From NCBI RefSeq assembly GCF_009914755.1, contig NC_060926.1: a DNA stretch of 64,000 nucleotides; one strand, given 5' to 3'. Position numbers and translations under genes: made by a program. This document shows positions 29,286 to 43,133 of this stretch, in pieces. The notes under the pieces are model-generated. The model did no database searches and was not told where the DNA came from. It worked only from the letters and a program-made list of their open reading frames with translations. Each line of letters starts with the position of its first letter. Position 1 is the first letter of the stretch. Origin of the DNA: the human T2T-CHM13v2.0 reference genome, Homo sapiens.

Positions 29286-30799
29286 CTAATGCTAAGGTCC
29301 CTTCCAACTCTCACATTCTATACAGCAATGAAATTAGCCACAACCATATCAGGAAAAGCATAAGCAATTACAAATAACATTAGTGGCATAAAGAGATTAA
29401 ATGCAATGTCTACAAGTGGGGTGTGTGTGTATACACATATTTTGGGGGTTAGTGAAAGTATAAGTTTCACTTAATACTGATGAAAGTGACTGGCATCCTT
29501 GTTTTGGATAATTAGTGGGTGAAGATTTAAGAGGCAAAGGGCACAGTTTTTGGGTTAAAGAGAGCCAGGCAATGTTAAAACAATGATATTGCACATTACA
29601 CAATTAGGAAGAGGAGTGATAAAATAGACACACCAAAGGCATTGGTTTTAATTTGATTCTGAAATGATTGGGAGTATCAGTAGATTTTGAGGAGAATGAC
29701 AGAATCTAAATGATGTTTAATCTAAATCTAAAGGATGATAATTCTTCCTCAGAGTGGACTCTAGAGGTGAGATACTACCATAAAAGGAACAATTTCCTTA
29801 CTGTCATTCATTAGCAATGGTTCCTTGGGTTGGAAAAGGCCTTTCCACAGGGTTTTCTACCTCACTGACTTTATGACTTCTATAAGCTTCTCAGAAAACT
29901 AATTCTTCTCAAGTCTTTGAATATCTGATGTTTACAGAGGCTGACCAAGGAAAGCAAGACATTGAGTAATAACCCAGGTAGGTAGTAAGCTTGTTATCAA
30001 TAGTCAACTGCCTAATTCAGACTCTCTTTCCCTTACCCGAATCTTTTCCTTGAGTTTATTCAGTCAAAAGGCTCAATTCTCAGCTTGACTTAGAAAAGAG
30101 CTTTATTTACTCAACCAGTGGGTCCTTTCATAAAAAGTCAATGACTCATTCTTCTCCCCTGGTCACAGATCTTTCTTTGTTGTCATGTTAATTGATCACA
30201 ATTAACAGTAGCTACTTATTATTCTATCCCCTTGAAGTTTTCAGAAGTTGATTTTATTAAATGCCTTCATACTTGACTGAAGTCTTAAACATTGTTTCCT
30301 TTTCTGTGGAGACAGTATATTCTATGCAAAGAAGACACAGCATTTCAGGTTTTTTGTTTTTGTTGTAGCAACTTTTGCTTCCAGTTCTGTACCCTGAACC
30401 ACATGTGCACTTTCAGAATGGCTACAGATCTATGCCCCATTTTACCCCCAACTCTGTTCCTTTTCTGTCTGTACTCCACAACAATCGGTGAACAACAAGT
30501 GAATTCTCTGGCTAGTTTCATTTTCATTTCAAACTTTTGGTCCCTATGTTTCTCTCGTTGTTCTCTGTTATGGAGGATTCCAAGATTTTTCATCCTCCCA
30601 TCTACGCTCTAGTCTTGAACTTCAGCTATATTTACTATGAAGGTTAACACCTGTTCTGCCTCAACTCTGATGTCTCTCTTACTTCACTGCCCGCCTAATT
30701 TATGGTTTATAAAACATACTTGTGCTCTTGCTTTATAACTTAGCTTTATACAGAATATATAATGCCACAGTCTTTGCTGTTTCACATACATATGACGTA

Positions 30800-30960
30800 T
30801 TAATCATTATATAATGATATGTATAATATATATTATATATAAGTAAGCTTGTTAATATAATAAATTATATTAACATTAATAAAATGAATAACAAATTATA
30901 TACAAAATAATATATTACTATATATTCAGTTTAATGTATATTATAACCAATAATATATTA
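30800..30960. repeat. AT-rich low-complexity tract
   Basis: Almost entirely A/T (atataat-like units). Confidence 0.8.
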
Positions 30961-33900
30961 TTCCCTGTCTCCTCAAAGAGCACACTTTCCTTCAGGCAGG
31001 GATTAGGCCTCAAACACAGTCACAAAACCCCATAGAATATTAGCATATTGCTGAGCTTTCCAGAATGTTCAATACATACTTGTTAAGCTCCACATGAATC
31101 CTCTTGACCCCCCACGACCTTAGTGGGCAGCTAGCTCTAGGTTTATAAAGTTTCTCTCGGTAACAACTTTTAGTCTTAATCCTGACTGAGGATAATGTGA
31201 TGAGATTTTCTCTGGTTTAGAAACTCCACAGATACATTTCTCTCTGTCATCTTCTTTCCCTTACCATTGCCTTCTCCCAACAGCCCAGGGATTGCAATCC
31301 CAACTTCATATTCACATCTCTTAACTGATGATTCACTTTCGCTCAATAACTATTAAGTCAAAAATTTAATTTCTGAGAAGATGTGCAGGAGTTTCCAAAC
31401 AAAGCCATTTATAATTCTATTTTTAAGGATAGTACATTGTACCGTTCTTTTTGTTCGCCCTACTAGACTGTACAGAGTAGTGGAAAGGAAAAAAAAAAAA
31501 CACAACTCTATTCAGACTAAGAATCCTTTTTATCCTGTAGCTGGAATCCTTATATTCCTTCCTTCAGTGAATGGGTATAATTACGTGTATTGGAAATTAG
31601 AGTATTCGCTATAATTATGCACTCTTTTAAAGTGGGAGAATAATTATAATGTCTACAACCAACTGTACAAGGTACTACTGAAGCTTTTGTTTTAAATCTG
31701 CCAGGGAGGACCTCAGTAATGATTAATTTCTTACAACTACTTTTTATTCATTTGGAGAACATACTAGGAATGCCTTCACACTTCCCGTTTCATTGTGGAA
31801 AGTTTCTTTAAACAAGAATATTTCTTTAAACGAAGACTTGAGAACAAGTGGGTTGGTTTTTACATAGCCAGCTTCCATTATTTCATCGTAGATTATATGA
31901 GAAACCTAAAAATTTTAAAACAGGACTTTTAGCAGCTTCCCTTATCCTTGTTAGCAAATGCAAACTTTTACATTTTATCATGCTGCTAAAAGGTCAGCTA
32001 CAACATTTAAAAACTCAATGTGGAACTAATCACAAGCTTTGGTTCAATGCTTTAGTATTTTATTTCATACAATTACCAAAGTTAGAAGAAATTGAAAGCA
32101 CCAAATATTAAAGAATTAGAGATTGTGTTATTTCTGGGAGGTAAGGTTAAACAGAAATATCATTTTTATGAGGAAATCATTAAAGACCTATAAATGAGCT
32201 GAGTGAGTGCAGTTAATCTACAGAAGGGGAAAACATATACTCTTAAAAGACAACCAGAGGGCCTCTTTTGAAAGTATATTTAACCCTTGGTTAACCACAT
32301 CAGTCAAGGAGAACATCACAACAGACAATCTCACTTTCTCAATGATCGACACAGTCACCAGAGGAAGCAAATGGAAAACACAGTTTCACATGGTCTAAAT
32401 ACTACTCACAAAAGATAGGCCAGTGTGGCTACAATTACTACTATTAATAATAGAATACCTGCCTGGCCCGTTGTTGGGTATAGAAAAGCTCACAGAAGAA
32501 ACGCTTACATCATGACTGCAGGTCTTTTGCATGCACTTTATGTGAGTGTCAGAAATTGTGTTCTCAGGTGCCCTTTTTGTAATCTCCTGGTCTCTCCCCA
32601 GTTTCCACTCCTGGCAATGTTTAGCCCTTTCTCGTTCAGAAGTGGTCTCTCCTGGAAGGCTTTGTCAGACTTGACTGAACACAGCAAGAGCTATTTTTCC
32701 ACATGGACACATTAATATCTGCCCCTTTCTAGAGGTCTTATGATCAAAGGGAAATGAAAGTTTGCAGACCTGGAAGGGTGCTTGAGGTCACTAAGTCCAA
32801 TTGAGGTCCTAAAAGATACCAATTTGTCCAGGGTGATCCAGCTTACCATAAGCCTTTGTCGCTGTGGACAGAGAAGATTCAAAGATCCTCCAAAATCTCC
32901 CTTTCCAGGCAGTCAACAATAGAGCAAATTTTCAAGACTTTGGCAGAGTTTTGCATTTGGACCAGTTAGATTTATATGTAAAACTTTCATATAAACTACT
33001 TTCCTCTGCAATATAGACCTTTTTATAAGCTCAAAATTAAACTGCTGCATGAAGATGGAAAAGTGATTTGGCAAGACCATAAAACATTTTCATCCTTTTT
33101 ATATTAGTGTCTTGAAAGCCCTTCTAGAAAATTTTGCCTCCTTCTTCAGAAGACAACAATATTAAAAACGTGTTTTTTTTTTAACCAGGCCTTGAATGTT
33201 ATGTACATTGCTCCACAAATGTACATTTTTATATAGGCTAAGACTCTATTTATGATCAAAGAATCAGATTCAACATGCACAAAGAAAATGGTTCCAATTA
33301 GTGAGAGTTACCTGCCATCTTAGTACCACTGTCAATCAGAACAGGTGTGTTATTACAAAAGTGTGCCATTACACAGGTTATAACTCATCCACGTGCAAAT
33401 ACCTACAACAGAGGCTCTCCACCTCTTAGGCCAGGAAGAACTGCAAAGCATCCACAAATTACAAACGGTTCAGTGTACTGAACATGATGTATTGACAGGT
33501 ATTGAATAAATAAAAACACAACTGCTATAACACAGAAATCTGTGGCCTTATTTTTTATGGAAAAAGGATCCATGTCTTCATAAGATTGTGGCCACTGGCA
33601 TTAAATCTGAACTACAGCTAGTGCCAGCAGCCCTACTGATGATACGTAAGACAGGGAAACATGTATGTACAATTAAAGTGCACCTCCTTATTCACAGAGA
33701 AGTCACAAAGTAATTCCAGGACAAATAAAGTGAAGGAAAATAAGAGAGAGAGAGAAAAAGAGAGACTCTTCCCAGCATCACAAATAAGAATGATAATGAT
33801 GAACCCTGGCTGAGAGTTCTAAGCCCTTTTCACATAGCTGCCACTGAACCCTTGCAACAATACTAGACAGTTGGCACTATTCCCAACCAGATTTTTTTTT

Positions 33901-34249
33901 TTTAAGATTATGAGGCTAAGGCCACAGTAAGTAAATAGCAGAGCCAAGGTTTGAGCCCATGCAATCTGATTCCAGGAACCTAGGGCTTGACTGCCTCTCT
34001 TTACAGGTATGAAGGAGTTTCTTTCCTGGTCTAGTAAACTTTCATCGCAACCAGCAAACCAACTGATGCATTTAAGCCTCTCCCTTTCCAGGACCTTGTT
34101 AGAGATTGTAGGGTATAGAAGAGTTCCAAGAGATGGTCTGAAAAATAGAGAGACAGAGATGGTCTTTGCCATTAAAAATATTGTAATCTTGTTAGGCCAA
34201 GATTATCACACATTCAACAATTAGCTAGTAAAGTATGAATTATCTAGAG

Positions 34250-34464
34250 CAGGGGTTGGCAAGTTTTTCTATAAGGAACCAGAGGGCAAACATTTTAGGC
34301 TTGATGTGCCACACAGTCTCTGTTGTAATGACTCAATTCTGCTCTGGTAGCACGAAAGCAGGTATAGATAATACATAGACTAATGTGTGTGGATGTATTC
34401 CAAAAAAACTATTACAAAAATAGGTAGGGAGGGAAATAGCTCAGCCATAGTTTGTGGACTCCTA
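34250..34464. mobile_element. MER58A (hAT-Charlie)
   Basis: caggggttggcaagtttttctataagg...ccatagtttgtggactcct termini. Confidence 0.8.
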
Positions 34465-35364
34465 GTCAAGATTACCAGCTATAACAAAAAAATAATCAAT
34501 TCTAATCATTCATTTTCCAGGAGGTGACATTCCCTTTCTCCAAAATGCATAAACTCCCTAGAAGCCATGGGGTTGCAGAACTGTCTTCTTACTGTTAAGA
34601 AACAAAAACAATTTGAAACCTCTTCCCCGAAACTTAATGAAACTGTAGCTACTGTCGAAAATGAAAAAATTAAGTGTGTGTTTTCTAGAAAGGATGAACT
34701 TTCAGCAGTGCTGAAAATCACGTAATATTTGTGCTTGTCAGTGTGCTAGAAACAAATCTTTTATCTATCCCTGTGTGATTACGTCTCTGTACAGAGGCAC
34801 CTGCGTTGTGTTATACATAGAATTATATTTTACCCTTTGGTGTTGAACCATTAGCCAGTGTGTCTTCTTATTCTCAATTAGGAACAGAGTTCCTCCCACT
34901 GGAGGGAGAGCAGAGGCTCTGCAGTCACTCGCTGCCGTGTTAGTGTTGTTAGAGATTATACAAGTCACTTTAACTCAACAACTTACAAAGGGTCTACATT
35001 TTACGTCAAACTAATCTCAACATTAGATAATTTTGAATACTGGTCATAATATACATACAGGTAGATGATAATTTAGCCATACAGATTAACATTTTGTTCT
35101 TTTCTAACACTTTGAGAGCCTATGAGATTTAATGTTGACAGATGCTAACACCTTTAAATGCTTTTCTATTTTCTCAGATGCTGAAATAAAATTTTAATTT
35201 TATTATTTAAATACATTTAATTTATTAAAAACAAGTTGGAATATACAGTAAGGCTCTGTAGTGCATGGATTATACAGGTTGTAGCAGAAAAAAAAATCTA
35301 TCTCCCTCTCTCTACCAAAAGTTTTATATTTACTATGTGCTATTTAATAAATAAGTTAATTTTC

Positions 35365-35591
35365 CAATGAGAACACATGGACACAGGAAGGGGAACATCA
35401 CATACCGGGGCCTGTCGGGAAGTAGGGGTTAAGAGGAGGGAGAGCATTAGGACAAACACCTAATGCATGCGGGGCTTAAAACCTAGATGATGGATTGATG
35501 GGTGCAGCAAACCATCATGGCGCATGCATACCTAGGTAACAAACTTGCATGTTCTGCACATGTATCTCAGAACTTAAAGTAAAATAAAATA
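35365..35591 (+). mobile_element. Short L1PA (L1PA8/10-like) 3' end
   Basis: caatgagaacacatggacacagg...agaacttaaagtaaaata; TSD aataaataagttaattt. Confidence 0.9.
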
Positions 35592-36150
35592 AATAAATAA
35601 GTTAATTTCCCTGCACAATCAATCATTAAGTCTTCTACCTCCCAATATATGAGCTGGCCTAGGAGGGGAAGAGTAGTAAGTTTATAATCTAAAATTTGTG
35701 TACCCTTGGGTCGTAACTTTTACCAACAACTTAACTCTCCATATTGTGCATGTAGTTCATATTTTAAAGACTTCAAAACTTCAGACGTCCTTTTGTCTGT
35801 TACACATTGATTGCTGTTAAACTAAATGTTTTTCACTCTGTAATCAATACTTTCTTACAAAAATAAGCCCAGGCATTGACAAACAACTCTGCAGCACATT
35901 GCAGCTTTCCTGAATGAAAAACTACCACCCCCAAGAATTAAAAAAGATTGCATCGACTCCAGTGCTTATTACAATTTTTACAAGCTTCTTACAGCTGAAT
36001 CATTCCACTGTAACAAGACTTTATTAAATTAGACAGCCATTGAATCTTAAGCTTTCTGAGAATAACAAGTAATATGCCTTTGTCCTTTATTATTGTTTCT
36101 GCAACCATACTGCTCATGTTCATATTTACATCTTCTCTTGTGATGAAGTT

Positions 36151-36430
36151 ATTAAAAAGCAACATCTAGATAAAAAGCAACATCTAGATAAAATGGGAGG
36201 GAAGCAACATCTAGATAAAAAAGCAACAACTAGATAAAATGGGAGGGAAGCAACATCTAGATAAAATGGGAGGGAACATCTAGATTAGAAAAGCAACATC
36301 TAGATAAAATGCAACATCTAGATAAAATTAAAAGCAACATCTAGATAAAATGGGAGGGAAGCAACATCTAGATAAAAAAGCAAATCTAGATAAAATTAAA
36401 AAGCAACATCTAGATAAAATGGGAAGAGGG
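36151..36430. repeat. Irregular tandem array, 12 copies of (AA)GCAACATCTAGATAAAA with variable linkers
   Basis: Counted directly. Linkers are TGGGAGGG, TT, T or none. Confidence 0.95.
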
Positions 36431-37173
36431 AAGGGGTGGTATAACATGTAAACGATGACTTTGTGTTTCATGCGACTACCATTCTAGAACAATTTTAAAA
36501 AGCACTACTACCTTAAGAAAATGCTGTTGTACTTTTAGACCCCAAATGCAAGGAATCTTTTAATCTGGGACTTTTATTTTACACACTGTAAAGTGTGAGT
36601 TGCTTTTATAAGCATTTGCCTTCAAATTATTTGTTCATCACATGGTTCACTCTCTTAATACAACCTTCCAGTGAGAATCCATGGTGAATGCGAGGGGCAA
36701 GCAGCCAACCATACATCAGGTTGCCACCAACATGCACCAAGTATATAACTCTCCCTCCAATACTAATCCACACAAACACCAAATTCTTAAGGCATATAAC
36801 CCTATATTCCATCAGTAGGCATTTAGTGGTCTGGGTAAAAGCTAAAGCAAGTTGAGAATAATAAAAACAAACACTTCCAAATACAACAAAGAGAAAAGCC
36901 CTCACGTGCATACACCTTAAACAAGCTAAGGCATGTTCTCACCTTCATGTTTATTAGCAAAAAAGAACTCAAGAAACAATTGTTTAAATCATTTAAACCT
37001 TGCATGTATATATCCATGGCAAACAGCAACAAAGGCATTTACAATTTTTATTAGTGGGTGATATTTCCTGTCAACAGAAGTGGTTTTGTATTACAGTGAC
37101 ATAAGTCAATGTACAGACTCCAAAGTTTTTCACAAAAACACTTTCTATTTTTTGATCCAAGATAGCACTTCTA

Positions 37174-37206
37174 TGCAATAGCTCAAAATTGCCACCAAGT
37201 GGACGG
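37174..37206. promoter_or_regulatory. Candidate CTCF site
   Basis: TGCAATA (upstream-motif-like) followed by TTGCCACCAAGTGGACG; reverse strand reads CCACTTGGTGGCAA. Motif match only. Confidence 0.4.
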
Positions 37207-38617
37207 ACAAACACTATTCTGGTTGTAGTTGTAGAGTAAACAGCTGCTTCTGATTTGAAGAGTGTTGAACTAATCACATCAACCAGTGTTTACTAAATAT
37301 TAATACCTACTAAGCACAGGGTGCTCCTCTATGCACCACAGATGAAAGGCATTCTGATCAGAGTGAGAAGGCTAAAGCCCTGTCACGGGCACCGCATCTT
37401 GCGTGCTAATGTTCTCTGGACTTCAATAGGTAAATTATTCCATTTATCTCTTTAGAGGAGGAAAAATAACCTATTAAGGCTACTGTGAGTGAGCAAAACA
37501 GCAACATCCAGTCTGGGAAGGGCATTCATATCGCTAATAATTGTTGAATGATATGAATAAGCTCCAGAAGGTATAAAATTGGAGTCACTCCTAAAATCAC
37601 TGATAGTGTTCAAGAGACTAATAAATTAGAGGTTATGTGGACCCCACCTTACAATCTTTCATGGAGACACTGCTCTAGACATAGCAGTGGTGATGTATAA
37701 CTCACGGTAGGTCTATAACCAAGGCTAGATAAGCATATGGATGAGCAACATCTACATTCCCAGCTAGTAAGCGGCCTCTTCCCCATGGGTACACCCTGAC
37801 CTTTCACATGGAAGAGTTTAGTGTATGTGAAACCCCAAAGGATAGGAATCTACATACATATTTGATGAGCCAATTTATTTAATAAAATATCTAATTTTTC
37901 CAAATGAGTGACTCTAAGTCCTATTTAGGCAAATCCTCAGCTTCTGGCATTATTTATTTTATGTTATAAAACATACCTTCTCTCTTGGAAGCATGGGTAC
38001 CAAAGGGAAGAACAGTAACTTTTAATGGATGCAGTTAGATCTTGAAATTTTTATCTGAAAACTATAAAGCTTTTAAAAATAAATCTGCAAATGTAATTGA
38101 GCCTCTAATAGCTGCTACTGATAGTAATTAAAGAAATCTCATTTCCCTAAATTAAACATAATGAAATGTTTTTCAAGATCAAATAAAACTAGAAAATGCT
38201 ATCAGCCTGATAGAATTTGCCTCTGAAAGTGGTGTTCTGGAGTTTACAGAGAAGCCTCAGTTGCCAGCAAAAGTCAATGGTTTATAGGGTTACGGGCAAT
38301 ATGGAAGCCATTTCCACTGTATCATATCAACTTTTATTGGCTGATAACTGATCTGAAAGCCAGTATATGGTACAGCTTCACATTGCAGTGCTTATGCAAA
38401 TGAAGCAGACACTCTAAAATTCTTCCTTTAGTGCCTTTAAAGAGTTTGTTATTTAATTAAACGTTGTCAGCATATCTTCAGTTCAACTTATACATTTCAC
38501 ACTCTTAATGTTCAATTTTTACATTACTTTTGCTTTTCTTAAAGTGAAATGGCATTTGGGCATCAGAGTGACCATCTTACCCAGGTCTCTCTTAAGCAGG
38601 GAAGTGCTTCAATTTGC

Positions 38618-38983
38618 TGTCTTAGTATGGGCTACTATAACAAAAATCCTACAGACTGGGTGACTTAAAGAACAGAACTTTATTTCTCACAGTTTTGGAG
38701 TCTGGGAATTCCAAGATCAACTTGCCAGTCCATTCAGTTCCTGGTGAGGGCTCTCTTCCTGGTTTACAGATGGACACCTGCCCACTGTATTTCCATGTGG
38801 TAGAGAAAGGGCAAGCAAGCTCTCTGAAGTCTCTTCTGATAAAGTCATGTTAATCCTATCATAAGAGCTCCACCCTCATGACCTAACTGCCTCTTAAAGA
38901 CCCAATATCCAAATACCATCACATTGGAAATGAGAGTTTCAACATTCGAATTTTGGGAGGACACAAACATTCAGTCCATAACA
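38618..38983 (-). mobile_element. MaLR solo LTR (MLT1A0-like)
   Basis: tgtcttag...gggctactataacaaaa...cattcagtccataaca; 5-bp TSD tttgc/attgc. Confidence 0.88.
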
Positions 38984-40175
38984 ATTGCTCAGAATTGATC
39001 ATTGTCTTCTCATTTCTTGATGGTCTCCAGACAAAAATACCTAGTTTCCCTGTTATTTCAGCAATGTATCATCGTGGTAATCAAAAAGGTTTTCCTTATG
39101 TTTGATAAAAATATTTTGTGTCTTAATTCCTTGCCTTATTATTTGGGCTTCTATGAATCTAAGAAACTGTTCATCTCTAAACTCTTCATAACAAGGCTTT
39201 ATTCCAGGAAAATATAATTAAGCCAACCATTAGCCTTCTGTTAACAGACACCTTACCTGTCACATACATAGAAGCTTCTAACATCTCACTTGAGTATGAT
39301 AAGAAGTATGATGTATTTATGTCATTTGTCATCCATTTTTTATCACTTTTGCCACATTTCTCTATATTTTTACATTCTCTTTAAAACTGGTATATCCAAA
39401 ACCAGATGTAAAGCTACATAATGGGTTTAGTTAATGTTATGCTCAGGCAAAGCATGGACTGATCTTACTGGTGCTCTATGTTGGCTCCATACTTCCCTAA
39501 ACGAAGTACCACTCCCATCCCCACCCCACCCCCACCACACAAACAGCTCTTCTCTACTGAGAGCCTCTCATTTGCTCGTCAAATTGCGCATAACATGCAG
39601 GCAACAAATACCTATCTTGGACCAATTAATGACTCTTATCTAACTCTTAACTACAACGATGCCCCAAATTTTTCTTCTACATATGTTCCTTGATTATCTC
39701 CCTGCTGAAATGGTGATTTGTTTTCTTAATCCTAATACATCACACTGCTCTCACTAATTATTCATTCATTAACTATTTAGTAATTACTTCTTGCCAGACA
39801 CTCAATAGGTATTGCCATTCAATTCAGAATAAGACAAGTTTCCTGTCCTGAAGATACTTAAAATCTAGTCCATGCCCCCTACTTAAGGGGGACTATTGTT
39901 GTAAATCATTCTATTTTGTGTCTCTGTTGTTCAAAGTATAAATTAACTGTTCTATGTTAACATTCTTTCAAACCAATGACTGAGCATTTGCTGTCTCCAC
40001 TCCATTCTTGCCCCACCCTCACCTCCAGATGGATGTCAGTCTTTAGCACAATCCTCCAATCAATTGTTTATTCACTGATAGCCTTGACAGGAAAGGTGAT
40101 TACAAACTGCTAGCTTAATAACAGAAACAACAGGATTTCTTCAAGTACTTAAGGGGGCAAGTGTATTCAATACTG

Positions 40176-40509
40176 CAGTATCCCCTTACCTATGATTTCA
40201 GTTACTCAAGTCAACTGTGATCCAAATATAAAATGGACAATTCCAGAAATAAACAATTCATAATTTTTAAATTGTACATCTTTCTGAACAGCATGATGAA
40301 ATCATGCACATTCTAGCTCTGTCCTACCCAGGATGTGAACCTAGTGTATCCATACTATAGCGGATACCTGCCTGTCAGTCACTAAGTTGTTGTCTGGGTT
40401 ATCAGATAAAACAAGCAAAGTGTATCTAGGGTCCAGTCCAGTCCACAATTTCTGGCATCCACTGGGGGTCTGAATGGAGCATATATACTGAAGATAAGGG
40501 GGAACTAAT
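40176..40509. mobile_element. MER44A (TcMar-Tigger)
   Basis: aaatggacaattccagaaataaacaattcata...ggcatccactgggggtc...gataagggggaacta. Confidence 0.8.
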
Positions 40510-40714
40510 ATAAAGTGTTCTTTACCTCCAGGATTTCTAACTGAGTTGGGGCTGAGTCTCACATCTTACAGTTTGTCCACCTTTCTTTGCCTCTTTTCAA
40601 AGGAGCACTTTCTGTCGGTGAGGGCTTCATCTACATTTTTACCTCCTAGTTCATGTTTTCCTAGAGCATCATTATTTAGGGGGAAAAGTAAGCTGTAACA
40701 TTTTTAAATAAATT

Positions 40715-41278
40715 GGTTTGCTGATGGGAGTTTAAATTGGTGCAACTGCTTTGGAAAACCATCTGGGAGTATCTGATTAAAGCTGAATATATACATCACC
40801 TGTAACACAGCAGTTCCAGTTTAGGTGCATATGTTTACCATATATGTACATCTGCTCACCTAAAGTCATATACTAGCAGCATTATTCATAAGAGCCCCAA
40901 AATGGAAACAACCCAAAGGTCCATTAACACAGATAAATTATGGGATACTCAAACACTGTAATAGCATACAGCAATGAACAAACTACAACTACATGCAACA
41001 ATATAGATGAATCTCACAATGTTGAGTGAGAAGAGTAAATACTGCATGATCTCACTTTATATTAAAGAGAAACAGGCAAAGGTAATCCATGTCATTAGGC
41101 GTCTACTGAAGGGGATTTGGTTTGGTGCCTAGAGAGGAACTTCTAGGATACTGGTAATATTCTATTTGTTGGTTTAGGTGCTGACTCACAGGTGAACTTG
41201 TGAAAATTCAGTGAGTTAACCAATATGTACGCTTTTCTGTATGTACATTATACCTCAATAAAAAGTTTTTTTAAAAAA
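40715..41278 (+). mobile_element. L1ME-type 3' end
   Basis: ttgctgatgggagtttaaattggtgcaactgctttggaaaac...tacctcaataaaaag. Confidence 0.75.
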
Positions 41279-41897
41279 ACAGAAGAAAATCTAGGTGACC
41301 TTGAGTGTTGTGATGACTTTTTAGATACAACACCAAAAGCATGACCTGTGAAAGAAATAATTGATAAGTTGGACTTCATTAAAATGAAAAACCTTAAACT
41401 TCTGCTCTGTGAAAAATACTGTTAAGAGAATGAAAAGACAAGCCACAGACTGGAAAAAATCTTTGCATAAGATACATTTGATAAGAGATGGGTATACAAA
41501 ATATACAACGAATGCTTACAGCTCAACAATAAAAAAAACCGCGTTAAGAAGTGAGCAAAAGATTTGAAAGAACACCTCACCAAAGGTACGCAGAGGGCAA
41601 GTAAAAATATGAAAAGAGTCTAGGGAACTGGAAATTAAAACAATGAGATACCATGACACACTATTACAATGGCCAAAATCCAAAACACTGACAACACCAA
41701 ATGCTGATGAGGACCTGGAGCAACAGGAACTCTCATTCACTGCTAGTGAAAGTATAAAATGGTACAGCTAGATTAGAAAACAATCTGGAAGTTTCTTACA
41801 AAGCTAAACATAGGCTTACCTATGATCCAGCAATAATAATTCTAGTTATTTACCAAAATATATTCTAAACTTACATCCACACAAAAAAAATGCACAT

Positions 41898-42040
41898 GGC
41901 TGGGAGCAGTGGTGTGCCCCTGTAATTGTAGCTACTCAGGAGGTTGAGGTGGGGGGACCTCACTTGAGGACAGGAGTTTGAGACCAGCCTGGGTAACAGT
42001 AAGATAAGATCCCACCTCAATAAAAAACAAAAACCAACAA
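41898..42040 (+). mobile_element. Free Alu monomer (FLAM-like)
   Basis: Single Alu arm with A-rich tail; TSD tgcacat. Confidence 0.85.
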
Positions 42041-42118
42041 CCTGCACATGAATGTTCATAGCAGCCATGTTCATAATTGCAGAAACTTGAAAGGAATCAA
42101 GATGTTCTTCATTAGATA

Positions 42119-42630
42119 TGAAGGAAACCAGAATATTTCTCCCCAAAATATGAAGGATTATTGAGATGAAGACAAGTAAAATGCAGGGTAGCTCTCTGCC
42201 TTCCCTCTGTTTACTTAAAGCAGAATAAAGAATTACAAAGACTTTTAAAAGGTCTTTTGATCTCTCCCTATATCCCACCTAAAGAAAAAATGTAAATTTC
42301 CCCTTACTGCAGACAATCTCGACAAAGTTAGGGATGGCGCCAGAGGAATGTGAGCTTTACTTTACTTTGCCACAGTTTTCCCCCCTTTGGAAGCCTGGAA
42401 CTAATTTCCTTTGCCCTGTAATTTTTCTAAAATCTATTGCTCTTTGTTGAAGATTTTATGTAAGATTAAACTCTAAACCACTGCCTTAAGTTACTTTACT
42501 CCTGTGAGATGTACGCCGAATGCATTAATAAACTTGAGTGTTTTTCTCTTGTTAATCTGTCTTTGGTTGCAGAAGTCTCCCAACTGCAAATTTATGAATA
42601 CTGAAGAAAAATTATAATTTCTCCCATTCA
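42119..42630 (+). mobile_element. Solo ERV1 LTR (MER39/MER34 group)
   Basis: TGAAGGAAACCAGAATATTTCTCCCCAAAATATG...aataaac...TTCA; 4-bp TSD gata/gatg. Confidence 0.7.
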
Positions 42631-42792
42631 GATGAATGAATAAACAGGCGTGATACATCCTGCAATGAAATATTATTCAGTGATATAAAGGAATGAGCTA
42701 TCAAGCCATGACAAGACATGAAGGAACCTTGAGTATACTGCTAAGTGAAAAGAGCCAGTCTGAAAAGGCTATATACTGTATGATTCCAAGTA

Positions 42793-43133
42793 TAGTCATG
42801 TGCCATATAACAAAGTTTTGGTCAATGACTGACCCCATATACAACAGTGATCCCATGAGATTATAGTACTGTAATTTTTACTGTACCTTTTTGTGTTTAG
42901 ATATCAAATACTTACCACTGTGTTACCATTGCCTATGATATTCAGTACAGTAATATGCTATACAGGTTTGTAGCCCAGGAGCATGAGGCCATACCATATA
43001 GCCTAGGTGTATAGTGGAGTAGGCTGTAGCACTAGGTCTGTGTAAGTACACTCTGTGATGTTCAAACAATGACAAAATTGCCTAATGACAGATTTCTTAG
43101 AATGTATCCCTGTCATTAAGCAATGCATCGTTG
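42793..43133. mobile_element. Tigger3a (MER7A-type)
   Basis: agtcatgtgccatataac...gtaagtacactct...taagcaatgcat..tg, flanked by TA. Confidence 0.85.

Noticed and set aside
36151-36430. CRISPR-like look (palindromic repeats with spacers)
   Set aside because: Linkers are 0-8 nt and repeated rather than unique, there are no cas genes, and the context is a human intron.
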